NCBI GenBank assembly: GCA_038087875.1
Contig: CM075988.1
Coordinates: 6,386,001 to 6,450,000, forward strand
Direction: 5' to 3'
Length of the DNA: 64,000 bases
Source of the DNA: Malacoraja senta
Taxonomy: Eukaryota
Part shown: one piece after another, positions 34,764 to 48,061 of the stretch
Layout: every line of letters starts with the position of its first letter
Position numbering within the stretch: position 1 is the first letter of the stretch
Program-made: the position numbers and the translations under genes
The notes under the pieces: model-generated
What the model was told of the DNA's origin: nothing
Seen by the model: the letters and a program-made list of their open reading frames with translations, nothing else
The model's database searches: none

Positions 34764-35824
34764 CAGTCTCTTTTTAAGGAAGCATACAGAAATATGGAAA
34801 ACTATGAGAAATGTGGCATTTACTCAAGTTTATCAAAGATAAACAGTTTCAGGCATTGACAAGCCTTTTGTCAACCCTTTTAAGACAACGTTTCTACAAT
34901 TCCCCCATCCATTTTTGGTCTCATTTGGGCTTTGGCCCTTTCTCCTTCCGGTCTGTTCCCTGTGCTAAAATAATGATTATACTTCAAAAACAAAGCTTTG
35001 GTAGCTGTCAAGCACTTTGGGACCTCCTGAAATCATGATGTCATGATATAAATGCCAGCTGTCTTTCTTAACCGTACGCTCCCCACACTGCATCAGTCGA
35101 AGCTAGTTGAAGAATCTGTGTGTGAAAGGCGGTTAAAAAGGCCGTTTTGTCTTTTTTTTTATTTTATTCACCAATAACGTGAAATATAGGATCAAATCTT
35201 AAGTGAACCTGATCACTGCGTGGAGGGGGGAAATTTGAGTCAGAATATGTAAAAATGTAAGTGTTACTACGTAGCGTTTTGCTGAAAATACAAAAACACA
35301 TATAGGCCGTGGGCCGAGCATCGAAAATGCGTCTAGAATTTAACTTTCGTGACCCATGTCTGGTATCTACCTGAAATTAGGCACAGATTTAGATAAAATA
35401 TCATTAAGAAGGAATTCGTAACTCGAGAGAGACGGAGCCAACCACCATCTCCACCGGTTGCGCCTGTGCCAAAGGACACTGTGGCTGGCTGGCAGGCGGG
35501 CCGGCAGAAGGCGCTGAGGTGGCAGCCGATTCCGCTGTCTGGTCCCGGCGGCCGCTCGCAGCCACCCGAGCTACTTCCCTCCCCGGCCACAACGCAGTGG
35601 CTTCGAGCACGGAGTGCCGCGGCAGCGGTGAGTGAGTGAGTTGCTGCCATGATCTCCGACCCCCTCCTTCTCAACGCTCCTGCCCTCCCCGCAACTTTAC
35701 CCATGGCGGCCCAGCCAAGGTTGCTACTTTGTGCAGCCCAGGCCCTGCTGACCTGGACCAGACTCCCCACACACTGTGGAAAGGAACTCTCCACCAACTC
35801 GTTGGAAAGTTTCTTCTGCATGTC

Positions 35825-36931
35825 ATAGAAACATGGAAACATAGAAAATAGGTGCAGGAGAAAGGCTATTTGGCCCTTCGAGCCAGCACCGCCATTCATT
35901 GTGATCATGGCTGATCGTCCCCTATCAATAACCCGTGCCTGCCTTCTCCCCATATCCCTTAACTCCACTAGCCCTAGAGCTCCATCTAAATCTCTCTTAA
36001 ATCCATCCAGTGATTTGGCCTCCACTGCCCTCTGTGACAGGGAATTCCATAATTCACAACTCTCTGGGTGAAAACGTTTTTTCTCACCTCAGTCTTAAAT
36101 GACCTCCCCATTATTCTAAGACTGTGGCCCCTGGTTCTGGACTTGCCCAACATTGGGAATATTTTTCCTGCATCTAGCTAGTCCAGTCCTTTTATAATTT
36201 TATATGTTTCTATAAGATACCCCCTCATCCATCTAAACTCCAGTGAATACAAGCCTAGTCTTTTCAATCTTTCCTCGTATGACAGTCCCGCCATCCCAGG
36301 GTTCAATTTCGTGAACCTATGCTGCACTGCCTCAATCACAAGGATGTCCTTCCTCAAATTAGGTGACCAAAACTGCACACAATACTCCAGATGTGGTCTC
36401 ACCAGAGCCCTATATAACTGCAGAAGAACCTCTTTACTCCTATACTGAAATCCTCTTGTTATGAAGGCCAACATTCCATTAGCCTTCTTCACTGCCTGCT
36501 GTACCTGTAAGCCAACTTTCAGTGACCGGTGTACAAGGATGCCCAGGTCTCGCTGTACCTCCCCCTTACCTATCCTAACCCCATTGAGATAATAATCTGC
36601 CCCCTTGTTTTTGCCGCCAAAGTGGATAACCTCACATTTATCTATATTATACTGCATCTGCCGCGCATCTGCCCACTCACTCAACCTGTCCAGGTCACCC
36701 TGCAACCTCCTAACATCCTCTTCACAGCTCACACTGCCACCATGCTTTGTGTCATCTGCAAACTTGCTAGTGTTGCTCCTAATTTCCTCTTCCAAATCAT
36801 TAATATATATGGTAAACAGTTGCGGCCCCAACACCGAGCCTTGCGGCACTCCACTCGCCACTGCCTGCCATTCTGAAAAGGACCCGTTCACTCCTACTCT
36901 TTGCTTCCGGTCTGACAACCAATTTTCTATC
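35825..36931 (-). mobile_element. Young CR1 LINE, 5'-truncated, RT domain
   Basis: SGVPQGSVLGPQLFTIYINDL..KFADDTK..YRALVRPHLEYCVQFWSP; CATGTC at both junctions (35819-35824, 36932-36937). Confidence 0.95.
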
Positions 36932-37264
36932 CATGTCGTTGAAGTAAGACCAAAATGTGTTTTGTTCTTTGATGTTGGATTGGCACATTTCTTGATTGTC
37001 ATAAACCAGAAATGCACAGCACATGGTTAAGAATTGAGTTGATAAAAAAAAGAATTTGACATCTTGTTCCAGACTCAACAACTAATGGAAGTTTATAAAC
37101 TCACTAACACTTAATTCAACACACTAAACAGCAAAGGTAGACTGTAAATAATCATTTATTTTCCCAATCTTTTGGTTCAGATTTCATAGGTGGGTATGTC
37201 ATGAATGGTATATCCACCTATGAATTGCATTTTTATTTGTTTATATCAGTGCATGAGATGTACT

Positions 37265-37537
37265 CCATTTAGAACGGAGACGAGGAAACACTTTTTCTCA
37301 CAGAGAGTTGTGATTCTGTGGAATTCTCTGCCTCAGAGGGCGGTGGAGACCGGTTCTCTGGATACTTTCAAAAGATACTTTCAAAATAGGGCTCTTAAAG
37401 ATAGCGGATATGGGGAGAAGGCAGGAACGGGGTACTGATTGGGGATGGTCAGCCATGATCACATTGAATGGCGGTGTTGGCTCGAAGGGTCAAATGGCCT
37501 ATTCCTGCACCTATTGTCTATTGTCTATTGTCTATTG
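37265..37537 (+). mobile_element. CR1 LINE 3' end
   Basis: FRTETRKHFFSQRVVILWNSLP; (TATTGTC)n tail. Confidence 0.88.
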
Positions 37538-37982
37538 AAAGAAAGCACTACAATCTCACAATAACAATCACGTCTTGAACCTTGTTACTTCAGTATAGTT
37601 GGGTATTACTCAAAGTTGAACTCTTTCAAACGTATGCATGCACAGTTCACTTTCTTGCAAAAACTAAATGACAACTTGCTGAAAGTTCACAGTAATCATC
37701 AATCATACTGTCATGGTTTATTATGGTGTATGATAATCATGTGAGGTTATTTGTGTTATTGTTTTGACAATTAAAACCTCTTGCACTAACCCTCCTCGGA
37801 ATCTCCCGTCACCATGATCCCAGTGTGCTCCCTGCCAAGCCGGCCTGAAACAAAGCGCGTGATTGGTCAATATGCGTCCGACTCAATGTCAAACGTGCTT
37901 TGATTGGACAATTACTACTCAGAAAATTGGAGGGTTTTTTCCATATTTTAAAAATAAGTGCAGGTTTGTTTCTTGACAAGTT

Positions 37983-38440
37983 TCAGATTCAAGATTCAAG
38001 ATTCAAGATTTCCTTTATTGTCATTCAGACCTTTCGGTCTGAACGAAATTGTGATGCCTGCAGTCATACACAGAACCAATAATAACAAAACAGACAATAA
38101 ACACAAATTAAACATCCACCACAGTGAGTTCACCAAGCACATCCTCACTGTGATGGAGGCAAAGTCTTAGTCTCCGTCTCTTCCCTCCTTGTTCTCCCTC
38201 TGCGCTGAGGCGATCGATCCAGGCCGAAGATGCCGCCCTCCAGCCAGCGGACCTCCGTGGTGATGTCACCGCCGCCGAAAGCCAGAACGCCGTCTCCGCT
38301 CCGAGACGGCCCACCACAGCATCAGCTCCGGATCCCGCAGTCTCCGCTCCGGGCCGCCGCCCCAGCTCCGGATCCCGTAGTCTCCGCTCCGGGCCGCCGC
38401 CCCAGCTCCGGGTCCCGCAGTCTCCGCTCCGAGCCCCGCT
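37983..38440 (-). mobile_element. LINE 3' fragment with (TCAAGAT)n tail on +
   Basis: Shares sequence with 3945-4455; CTTTATTGTCA on +. Confidence 0.55.
38323..38432. repeat. 40-bp GC-rich minisatellite, about 2.8 copies
   Basis: CAGCTCCGG(A/G)TCCCG(C/T)AGTCTCCGCTCCG starting at 38323, 38363, 38403. Confidence 0.9.
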
Positions 38441-38536
38441 GTATCCAAAGCATATGATTTCTATAATATTTTTACACAATACGTTATAAATACAGGCAGA
38501 TATGGGATGTGGGTCATGAAATGAAACAAAAAAGCA

Positions 38537-38894
38537 NNNNNNNNNNNNNNNNNNNNNNNNNNNNNNNNNNNNNNNNNNNNNNNNNNNNNNNNNNNNNNNN
38601 NNNNNNNNNNNNNNNNNNNNNNNNNNNNNNNNNNNNNNNNNNNNNNNNNNNNNNNNNNNNNNNNNNNNNNNNNNNNNNNNNNNNNNNNNNNNNNNNNNNN
38701 NNNNNNNNNNNNNNNNNNNNNNNNNNNNNNNNNNNNNNNNNNNNNNNNNNNNNNNNNNNNNNNNNNNNNNNNNNNNNNNNNNNNNNNNNNNNNNNNNNNN
38801 NNNNNNNNNNNNNNNNNNNNNNNNNNNNNNNNNNNNNNNNNNNNNNNNNNNNNNNNNNNNNNNNNNNNNNNNNNNNNNNNNNNNNNNNNNNNNN
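38537..38894. other. Assembly gap
   Basis: Run of N. Confidence 1.
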
Positions 38895-41053
38895 GCATGC
38901 AACAAAAACGTTTCACTGTACATCGGTACACCTGACAATAAACTAAACTGAACTGAACTAAACTAAACAACCTCCACTTGAAGTATAATTTAATTCAATT
39001 GGGTGTACTGTACTCTTCTAGTCTGTTTCCGTTCCCAAGTCTGAGTGTGAGGATTTGTCATCCATCTGATGAGATGGCTAGGTTGCCAAGTGAAGGTTCC
39101 TGTGGTGCAGTAATGCTAACTTGGAGTTCCTCCAGCAGTTTGTCTGTTGCTGGGAAATAGAGGTGTCTGGACTGAAGTCAAAGGATTGTTTGACTATGTC
39201 AATACTCCAGCTTACCCAGGACATACGGCCTCTCATTTCTGCTTGGACGAATGAGAGATGACATCTTTCCGTCTAGGGCGAGGTTTCATATGAGGGCTCT
39301 CCACCCAAAGCCGTTAGTCCACGTTGGACATCGCGATGCAGCAGTACAAGTCTGTGGTGAGATCATTCTCAGAGTACTCTGGGGAGCGGAGAGATTTAAG
39401 AGGGACCTCAGAGGCAATTGTGTTCACCAGAGGGTAGTCCGTATCTGAAATGAGCTGCCAGAGGGAAATATAAGAGCAAAAACAATTACAACTTTTAAAG
39501 GATATTTTGATCAGATATATGGACAAGAAGAGTTTTGAGTGATATAGAGCAAATGCAGGCAAATGGAACAAGCCCAATATGTCGTGGCCCAAATATTCCA
39601 ACTTTGTTGACATGGACAAGGTGGAACAAAGGCCCTGTTTTATTGCTGTATAGCTGTTTGACTCTATGACTCCACAGTGAGAACTCAGGAGTAATATAGT
39701 TAACTGCATTTTTTTTAAATCAGTCATCCACTGCTGACAAGGATGGCATTTGATGCCCAGCCCTGAACCCCTGGATGGTGTTGGAGACAAAACTCCCACA
39801 TTTGGAGACAGCAATTTTGCAAAATCAGGGTAGAGTTTGCTGAGAAATATACAGCCTGCGGATGAATGCAGTATCACTTAAAGGAAAGGTGCCAAGAGGT
39901 GTGGAGCATAATGAGGGCCTAATTTGCAACCAATTCAGATGCAATTAGTGCAGAGAAATTGGAGCATTTAATGGCATAGGCTGGGTTATCCATAGCTGTG
40001 GGAAGTGAACCTATTATCACCATGCCCACAAATGTACAGAACATAAGCAAGTCAGAAATGGCAAGTAACAAGGTCAGCCTAGCATTAAGGGTTATGCTAG
40101 CTGCCAATATTGAGCAGGATCTAGAGTAATCTAGAGTAACAGGTTTGACACCTGATACAGATGGGCAGCTGGAAGTTCATTCATTCATTAGTTTGAGGAG
40201 CAGAATTAGGCTGTTCAGACCATCAAATCTACTTCGCCATTCAATCATGGCTGATCTATCTTTCCCCCTCAACCCCATTCTCCTGCCTTCTCCCCATAAC
40301 CCTTGACACCCGCACTAATCACCACCCTCTGTCTAAAGAAATTCCTCCTCATCTGGACTGAACTTTGGTGCCTTCCCTCACAGTGTGAAACGTTAATTCC
40401 ACTATGGGGAGTTGTTTTTTATGTTTTATGTTAAATTCTATAGTGTTTATCTGCTTTGTGTGCTGCATGGTAACTCAAATTTCCCTGCACCAATTGGTGT
40501 ATGTGACAATAAATGTCCTTTGTCATTTGTCCTTTTGTCCTAAAGGCACGTCCTTTAATTCTGAGGCTATGACCTCTGGTCCTAGACTCTCCCACTAGTG
40601 GAAACATCCTCTCCACGTCCACTCTATCCAGGCCTTTCACTATTCGGTAAGATTCAATGAGGTTTCCCCTCATCCTTCTAAACTCCAGCGAGTACAGGCC
40701 CAGTGCAGTTAAATGCAAATGGAAGGCTAATGCAAAGGGAGGAGCCTCTGTGGTGTCCGAACAGGCCATGACGGGTGAGCAGTTCAGGGCAAGTGGATGC
40801 AGGGTGTTCACTAAACATAGTACAGTCCTGCACAGGAACAGGCCATACAGCCCATAATGTCTGTGCTAAACATGTCGCCAAATTAAGCTCATTTCTTCTG
40901 CCTGCACATGATCCATATCCTTCAATTCTGTGGATATCCACGTACCTATCCAAAAGTCTCTTAAACACCCCTACCATATCTGCTTCCACGACCACCCCTG
41001 ACAGCGCAGCCCAGGCACCCACCATCCTCAGTGTAAAAATCTTGCCCCACACA

Positions 41054-42618
41054 TCTATATACTATTAAAACTCTGTGTGTGTGTGGATGTGTGTGTGGAT
41101 GTGTATATTTATTTGTGGGTGTCACATTTGGCCTTTGATTCCTTGCTCCGCCAAAACCACACGCGAAAACTCCGCGATTTTTTCCATTTCGCTAGACATT
41201 ACACTTTTACATACCCTAACACACTCCTTATTAGATTTAGACATTTTTATGAACACATTTTTTTTTTTTTTTTTTTTTTATTTATTAGAAGTACATTGCA
41301 TTACAACCACATACATTAGTACTCGTCACTTATATCTTCTTACAATTAATGTACTCCATTTATTTTTTACACTAGAAAAGGAAAAGATTGAAAGAAAGAA
41401 GAAAGTGAAGGAAAAAGTGAGAGTGTAGAAAATGTGACAACAAAAAAGGACAAAGACCCTATAAGAACAAAGTTAAAAACAAAAGAAAAAGAGTTAAGAA
41501 ATAGACCCTAGAAAAGAAAGAGAAAGAGAAAGAGGAAAAAGAGAGAAACAAATATTTTTATGAGCATTACGCAAATGGGACATACCAACTCTTCAACTAT
41601 CATCCCCCCTTACCTGACCTCAATTTTTTTTTAAAGGTACCTTTGCACCCTATATTTGTAATAATTCTATAAATGCAGACCACGTCAGGTGGAAATGATC
41701 TGGTTTACCTGCTAGGAGGAGTCTTATCTCTTCTAGGTGTAATGTTTCGAACATATTTGAAATCCACATGTTTATAGTTGGTATTGGAGCCTTCTTCCAA
41801 AATTTTAGAATTAGCTTTTTTCCAGTTATTAACCCATAGTCTATTAGTTTCTTTTGACACACAATCAGTCTTATTTTAAATAACTTTGTAAAGATTTCAA
41901 AAATTTCATTCCAAAATTTTTGAATTTTTGTACAGAAAACGAATGAGTGCACTATAGTAGCTTCTTGGGATTGACATTTATCACAAATAGATGATACATT
42001 TGGGAACATTTTATGAATTTTAGTTTTCGAATAATATAATCTATGTAAAATTTTAAATTGTATTAAAGTGTGTCTTACATTAATCGAACATTTATGCACG
42101 TTTAATAAGTGTTCATTCCAACTTTCCTTTGAAATTTTAATAGCTAACTCTTGTTCCCAGTCTCTTCTGATACCCTCCGTAGATGGTATTTGTACATTTA
42201 AGATAATATTATACAAATATGATATTAAGTTTGCTGATTCAGCTTTTATCTGCATTGCCTCATCCAATACATCTACTGGGTTATTATAATGATCTTTTGT
42301 ATATTTTTTCAAATAGTCGCATATTTGAAAATATTTAAAATATTGATTATTTCCGAGTTTATATTTTATTTGTAATTGTTGAAATGAAAGTAATGAAAGT
42401 AATGAAAGTAATGAACACATTTTAAAATAAAATCCATCCCCCCCCCCCCCCCCCACTCACTCATTTTGTCTCCACCTGCTGGCCAGCCACCATAACGGCT
42501 GCTGCCGACCGGCTCTGCTCCAAAAACGACGCCATTTTTTTTCTTTCGCTAGCGATTTTCGCCCCAGGGCCTGAAGCACGTTCGGGGTCCAGACCCAACG
42601 GGTCTGCTCTTGGTCTAG
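41054..42618 (+). mobile_element. Non-autonomous Helitron (about 400 bp) containing an L1
   Basis: 5' TCTATATACTATTAAAA; 3' hairpin CAGACCC-AAC-GGGTCTG (42590-42606) then CTAG (42615-42618); inserted between A41053 and T42619 with no TSD; empty site CCCCACACA|TCTCCTTTAAAC matches about 7121-7141. Confidence 0.85.
41262..42410 (-). mobile_element. L1-clade LINE 3' end (ORF2 C-terminal zinc-knuckle region)
   Basis: ORF 41650-42456 QFKILHRLYY..CDKCQSQEATIVHSFVFCTKIQKFW; poly-T; 13-bp TSD ATGAACACATTTT (41249-41261, 42411-42423). Confidence 0.9.
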
Positions 42619-43649
42619 TCTCCTTTAAACTTTGTCCCTCTCACCTTAAAGTTATGTCGCCTAGTATTTGACATTTCCACTCTGGGAAAAAGATTCTGAC
42701 TTTCTATCCTATCCATTCCTCTAACATCCTTTTATAAAATTACATCAGGTCTCACCTCAGCTCCAGAGAAAACAATTCGAGATTGTGCAACCTCTCTTCA
42801 GAAGGGTCTGAAGAAGGATCCCGACTCGAGACGTCGCCCATCCTTTTACTCCAGAGATGCTGCCTGACCCGTCGAGTTACTCCAGCACTTTGTTTCTATC
42901 TTTGGTATAAACCAACATCGGCTGATTAGGTAGATTCAGATTCCTTATGTCAAGGAGTTTTGAGCAGAACTTTAAATCGCAGAACTTTAAAGTTCCCTCA
43001 GCTGGACCCGAAGCAGTCCACGACAGTCCCAGCAGGTTGAGGGGAGTACCAGGGACAGATTCCAAACACTAGCAGCCACGTCAGCAGATTGGCCGTGGGT
43101 CAGGAATCACGGGACAACCACGTGAAAATATGAAAAAGTGTTTCCACCAAATGTCCTCCCAATACAAACATCAAACAGACCCAGCAGATTTTAATATGAA
43201 ATTCCATTGCCTTGTGAAGAGTAACTCTTCCCGATTTCCTTACCTACCCCCTTTCCTTTCCCCTCCCTCCCCCTCCAAACTTCCACCCTCCAATCCCCAC
43301 CCCACCCCCCCATCCAAACTCCCCCACCATTCACCCCTCCCCCCACCATCCACTCCGCCCCCTCTCCCCCCACCATCCACCCCTCACCCCCCACCTCACG
43401 GCCGCTCTCGGCAGTGACAGGGATGGGACACATGCTGGCTGCATCGTCTGAGCTAACGTGTCGTGAAGCTGGAGCTCACCGCAGTGCTGTTGCTTTTACA
43501 CTGCCCGTGTTTAGCTCTGGGATTTGTATGAACTTTATGAAGAAAAATCAACTAATAAACAATACAAATTTATTGGACAGAGTGTTGAAGCTTTGCTTCA
43601 TGGCAGAGCATATGTTGCTCTTGGACCGACTGGCCGAGAACAGCAGGCT

Positions 43650-44298
43650 CTCACTCTCACTCCCCCAGTCCCTCACTCACTCACTCACTCCCCCAGTCCC
43701 TCACTCACTCACTCACTCCCCCAGTCCCTCACTCACCCACTCACTCCTCCAGTCCCTCACTCACCCACTCACCCACTCACTCACTCACTCACTCACTCAC
43801 TCACTCACTCACTCACTCACACTCACTCACTAATTCACTCACTTCCCCAGTCACTCACTCACTCACTCACTCACTCACCCACTCACTCACTCACACTCAC
43901 CCACTCACTCACTCACTCACTCACTCTCACTCACTCACTTCCCCAGTCACTCACTCACTTCCCCAGTCACTCACTCACTTCCCCAGTCACTCACTCACTC
44001 ACTCTCACTCACTCACTTCCCCAGTCACTCACTCACTTCCCCAGTCACTCACTCACTTCCCCAGTCACTCACTCACTCACCCAGTCACTCACTCACTTCC
44101 CCAGTCACTCACTCACTCACCCAGTCACTCACTCACTTCCCCAGTCACTCACCCACTCACCCAGTCACTCACTCACTCACCCACTCACCCACTCGCTCAC
44201 TCACTCAATCACTCACACTCACTCACTCACTCACTCACCCACACTCACTCACTCACTCACTCACTCACCCACACTCACTCACTCACTCACTCACACCC
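43650..44298. repeat. (TCAC)n compound microsatellite with interspersed TTCCCCAG units
   Basis: Direct inspection. Confidence 0.95.
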
Positions 44299-45682
44299 AC
44301 TATAGAGAAAGAAAGCTCAGAGCCTAGGTAGATACTGATGGTCTGGTCACCTGACAAATGGAGTTTACTCCAGAGTGATGTAGGGTATTTGGTGAATTAC
44401 ACAAGGCAAGGGAGTATCGTCTCGACTTTCACCTCAAATTTGTCCTCCCTGAATTAATTACCTCAAACTTCATAACTTCACACTTAAACTAAATGTGAGT
44501 GTGTGCCATGGTTCCGTTTTGGGGCACATGACAATACAACACTCTTGACTTGACTCGATGACTGTTAGAAATCAGGAGAGGTTGAGGACAACCCACAACA
44601 ATATATGAACAACCATAAAACAGAAAGATCTCCATTCAGTAGGTAGAGAGTTAAAATGGTTTGGCCTAAGATCAAAATCCTGGTAAAACACATTGGGCTG
44701 AAGCTGAGAGAATGCTGCTGCACCTTGCTTGGTACCTGACACTTCCCTCGGATGCTGCTCCTGAATAGTTAGCACGGTGCAGTTCCGGCAGGTACTTGTT
44801 GTGAAACAATAGCCTGCTGAGGCCCCGGTTACCTGTTTGTTTGAGAATCCCCCACCACCCCACCCCCCACTCTCCCAGCCTCCAGTGATAATGAATGGTT
44901 AAAAAAGGCATGGACACTGAGAATGCATTGTGGCCGGCCTCTGCAATCCACCCATGTGACTACACGAGCCAGGTACTTCCCACTTTCGGAAAGTGAACCC
45001 TTGCGATCTCTGGTCACTGGATATTCTTCACAATTCAACAAAGGGCCAAATGATCACAGCTCCCATTTCACTGGGAATTCCTGGCATTCCTGCCTGGATT
45101 TCTGAATTCACCGAGACTAGGATACCCCCTTCCCTTCACGCCAGGCTCACAGCTTTGCAAAGTACCATTCGAAAGAGGAGAGGTAGTCCAAAGTCGTCTG
45201 AAGTAGGGTCTCGACCCGAAACGTCACCCATTCCTTCCCTCCAGAGATGCTGTCTGTCCCGCTGAGTTACTCCAGCACTTTGCATCTGTCTTTAGTCCAC
45301 ATTCCTGCCACATATAGTCAGATAGTCAATGATGAATGACCTTGCTGAGGCTGGTGCAAGGACAGCAAACACCCACAGAGACTACAGCTCCATTGAGAAG
45401 TGAAGGTGGGACCTCTAATTGTAATCATAGATTATCAGCCTGAAACATTAATTCCGCCTCTCTCTCCTCATCTGCTGAGCATCTACAGAACTTTCTGCTG
45501 TTATTTCAGATTCCTAGCATCTGCATTATCAACTCGTCAAAAGTGGATGAAAACACAAATGGCTGGAAGAACTCAGTGGGTCAGGCAGCATCTGCGGAGG
45601 GAATGCACGGCTGACGTTTCAGTTTTTCCTTTTTCAGACCGTTTTTCAGACTCTTTTAAATGTGGATGGTGTATAGCAACCC

Positions 45683-47045
45683 AGTGGCGTAGCGGTAGAG
45701 TTGCTGCCTTACAGCGCCAGAGACCCAGGTTGGAACCTGTCAGTACGGAGTTTTACGTTCTCCCTGTGACCGCGTGGGTTTCCTCTAGGTGCTCCAGTTC
45801 CCTCCCACACTCCCACACTCCCACACTCCCACACTCCCACACTCCAAAGACGTGCGGATTTATAGTTGAATTGGCTTCTGTGAATTGTCTCTAGTTTGTA
45901 CAGTAGGATAGAACTAGAGAACGGGTAATTAGAAACATAGAAACATAGAAAATAGGTGCAGGAGTAGGCCATTCGGCCCTTCGAGCCTGCACCACCATTC
46001 AATATGATCATGGCTGATCATCCAACTCAGTATCCCGTACCTGCCTTCTCTCCATAACCCCTGATCCCTTTAGCCACAAGGGCCACATCTAACTCCCTCT
46101 TAAATATAGCCAATGAACTGGCCTCAACCACCTTCTCTGGCAGAGAATTCCACAGATTCACCACTCTGTGTGAAAAATGATTTTCTCATCTCAGTCCTAA
46201 AAGACTTCCCCCTTATCCTTAAACTGTGACCCCTTGTTCTGGACTTCCCCAACATCGGGAACAATCTTCCTGCATCTAGCCTGTCCAACCCCTTAAGAAT
46301 CTTGTAAGTTTCTATAAGATCCCCCCTCAATCTTCTAAATTCTAGCGAATACAAGTCGAGTCTATCCAGTCTTTCTTCATATGAAAGTCCTGCCATCCCA
46401 GGAATCAGTCTGGTGAACCTTCTCTGTACTCCCTCGATGGCAAGAATGTCTTTCCTCAGATTTGGTGACCAAAACTGTACGCAATACTCCAGGTGTGGTC
46501 TCACCAAGGCCCTGTACAACTGCAGTAGAACCTCCCTGCTCCTATACTCAAATCCTTTTGCTATGAATGCTAACATACCATTCACTTTCTTCACTGCCTG
46601 CTGCACCTGCATGCCTACTTTCAATGACTAGTGCACCATGACACCCAGGTCTCGTTACATCTCCCCTTTTCCCAATCGGCCACCATTCAGATAATAGTCT
46701 ACTTTCCTGTTTTTGCCACCAAAGTGGATAACCTCACATTTATCCACATTATACTGCATCTGCCATGCATTTGCCCACTCACCCAACCTATCCAAGTCAC
46801 CTTGCAGCCTCCTAGCATCCTCCTCACAGCTAACACTGCCCCCCAGCTTCGTGTCATCCGCAAACTTGGAGATGTTGCATTCAATTCCCTCATCCAGATC
46901 ATTAATATATATTGTAAATAGCTGGGGTCCCAGCACTGAGCCTTGCGGTACCCCATGAGCCTTGTGGTACCCCAATGCAGGCACCCCAGTGCAGACTCGG
47001 TGGGCAGAAGGGCCTGTTTTCGCACTGTATCTCTAAACTAAACAA
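45683..47045 (+). mobile_element. HE1-like SINE split by CR1; internal (ACTCCCAC)n expansion about 45803-45846
   Basis: Head/core 45683-45925, tail about 46985-47045. Confidence 0.75.
45930..46955 (-). mobile_element. Young CR1 LINE, 5'-truncated, RT domain
   Basis: GVPQGSVLGPQLFTIYINDLDEG..KFADDTKLGG; RPHLEYCVQFWSP. Confidence 0.95.
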
Positions 47046-47845
47046 AAAGATAGTCTTCACTCCTGCTTGGGGCAAGTGTTGTTGTTTTTGTTGCCTTGAA
47101 GAGGGATACAGGAAGAAACAGATATGCACTTAGAACAAGTGACTTGCTCCTACAAACAATCAGATCTGCCACAGTTATAGAGGTTTTACTAGTCCCTACA
47201 CCAGGGTCTCGACTGAGTGACTGCGTAATGGTTTGAGCCAAGGTGGCAGATATGTTGCACATTGTCCAAGGTTGAAAAACCCTCCTGGTTCCTAAAGATA
47301 TTCTCAGAGAGAAGGCTTGATTATTTTTCATGTACCTAGGCTAGAAAACTGCCTCTACAGTACAGCCTGTCGCAGTGGCGATCCCGACTACGGGTGCTGT
47401 CTGCATGGAGTTTGTACGTTCTCCCTGTGACCACGTGGGTTTTCGCTCGGTGCTCTGGTTTCCTCCCACATTCAAAAGACGTACAGGTGTGGAAGGTTAA
47501 TTGACTTTAGTAAATTGTAAATTGTCCCTGGTGTGTAGGATAGTGCCAGTGAAGGGACCGCTGCTCGACGCGGCCCAACATGTCTTCTGCCATGAGAGGT
47601 ATAGATAGGGTAGATATCTTTCTCACGGCATGGAGATGTCAATACCAGAGAGTGTAGCTTTAAGATTGAAGGGGGTGAGTTTAAAAGAGATGTGTGGAGT
47701 ATGTATTTTTGCACAGAGAATGGTGGATGCCTGGGGTGTTGGTGGAAGCAGATATGATAGGACAATTTAAGAGGCTTTTCCATAGGCACATGGATATGCA
47801 GGGAAAGGAGGGATGTGGATCAAGTGCAGGCAGAAGGGATTAGTT

Positions 47846-47984
47846 GGGGTGGTAGACTGCAACCTTCACGTGGTCCGCCCTGTTTCGACGAATGCAATCA
47901 ACCCGGTGTGCACAATCAAATAAGATCAAATAGAACAGGTTCTCCAACAACTTTAGGCTGTGCACGCCATACGCAAGAAGAAGA
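47846..47984 (+). mobile_element. Short LINE 3' end with (GAA)n tail (RTEX-like)
   Basis: GCCATACGCAAGAAGAAG end; 14-bp TSD AGAAGGGATTAGTT (47832-47845, 47985-47998) inside a CR1 tail. Confidence 0.65.
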
Positions 47985-48061
47985 AGAAGGGATTAGTTTA
48001 ATTTGACAGCATGCTCAGCACAGATGTTGTGGGCCGAAGGGCCTGATCCTGTGCTGTACTG

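Larger units (their letters stand above)
35072..38536. mobile_element. Possible large non-autonomous DNA transposon hosting several LINEs; right end may lie in the gap
   Basis: Begins after TTAA with CCGTACGCTCCCC; AT-rich subterminal-like segments around a CpG-rich core 35430-35720; second TIR not visible. Confidence 0.25.

Noticed and set aside
36178-37017. 279-aa RT-like ORF as a gene
   Set aside because: 5'-truncated CR1 ORF2 fragment whose N-terminus is read in from flanking DNA; not autonomous.
38108-38970. Long ORFs spanning X runs (also 52220-53004 and 56936-57451)
   Set aside because: Artefacts of assembly gaps.
43240-43400. C-rich/G-quadruplex-like tracts (also about 6780-6835 and 23445-23530)
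   Set aside because: Low-complexity tracts, some within PLE UTRs; no evidence of function.
43414-44327. 139- and 267-aa His/Ser/Leu/Thr-rich ORFs
   Set aside because: Translations of a (TCAC)n microsatellite.
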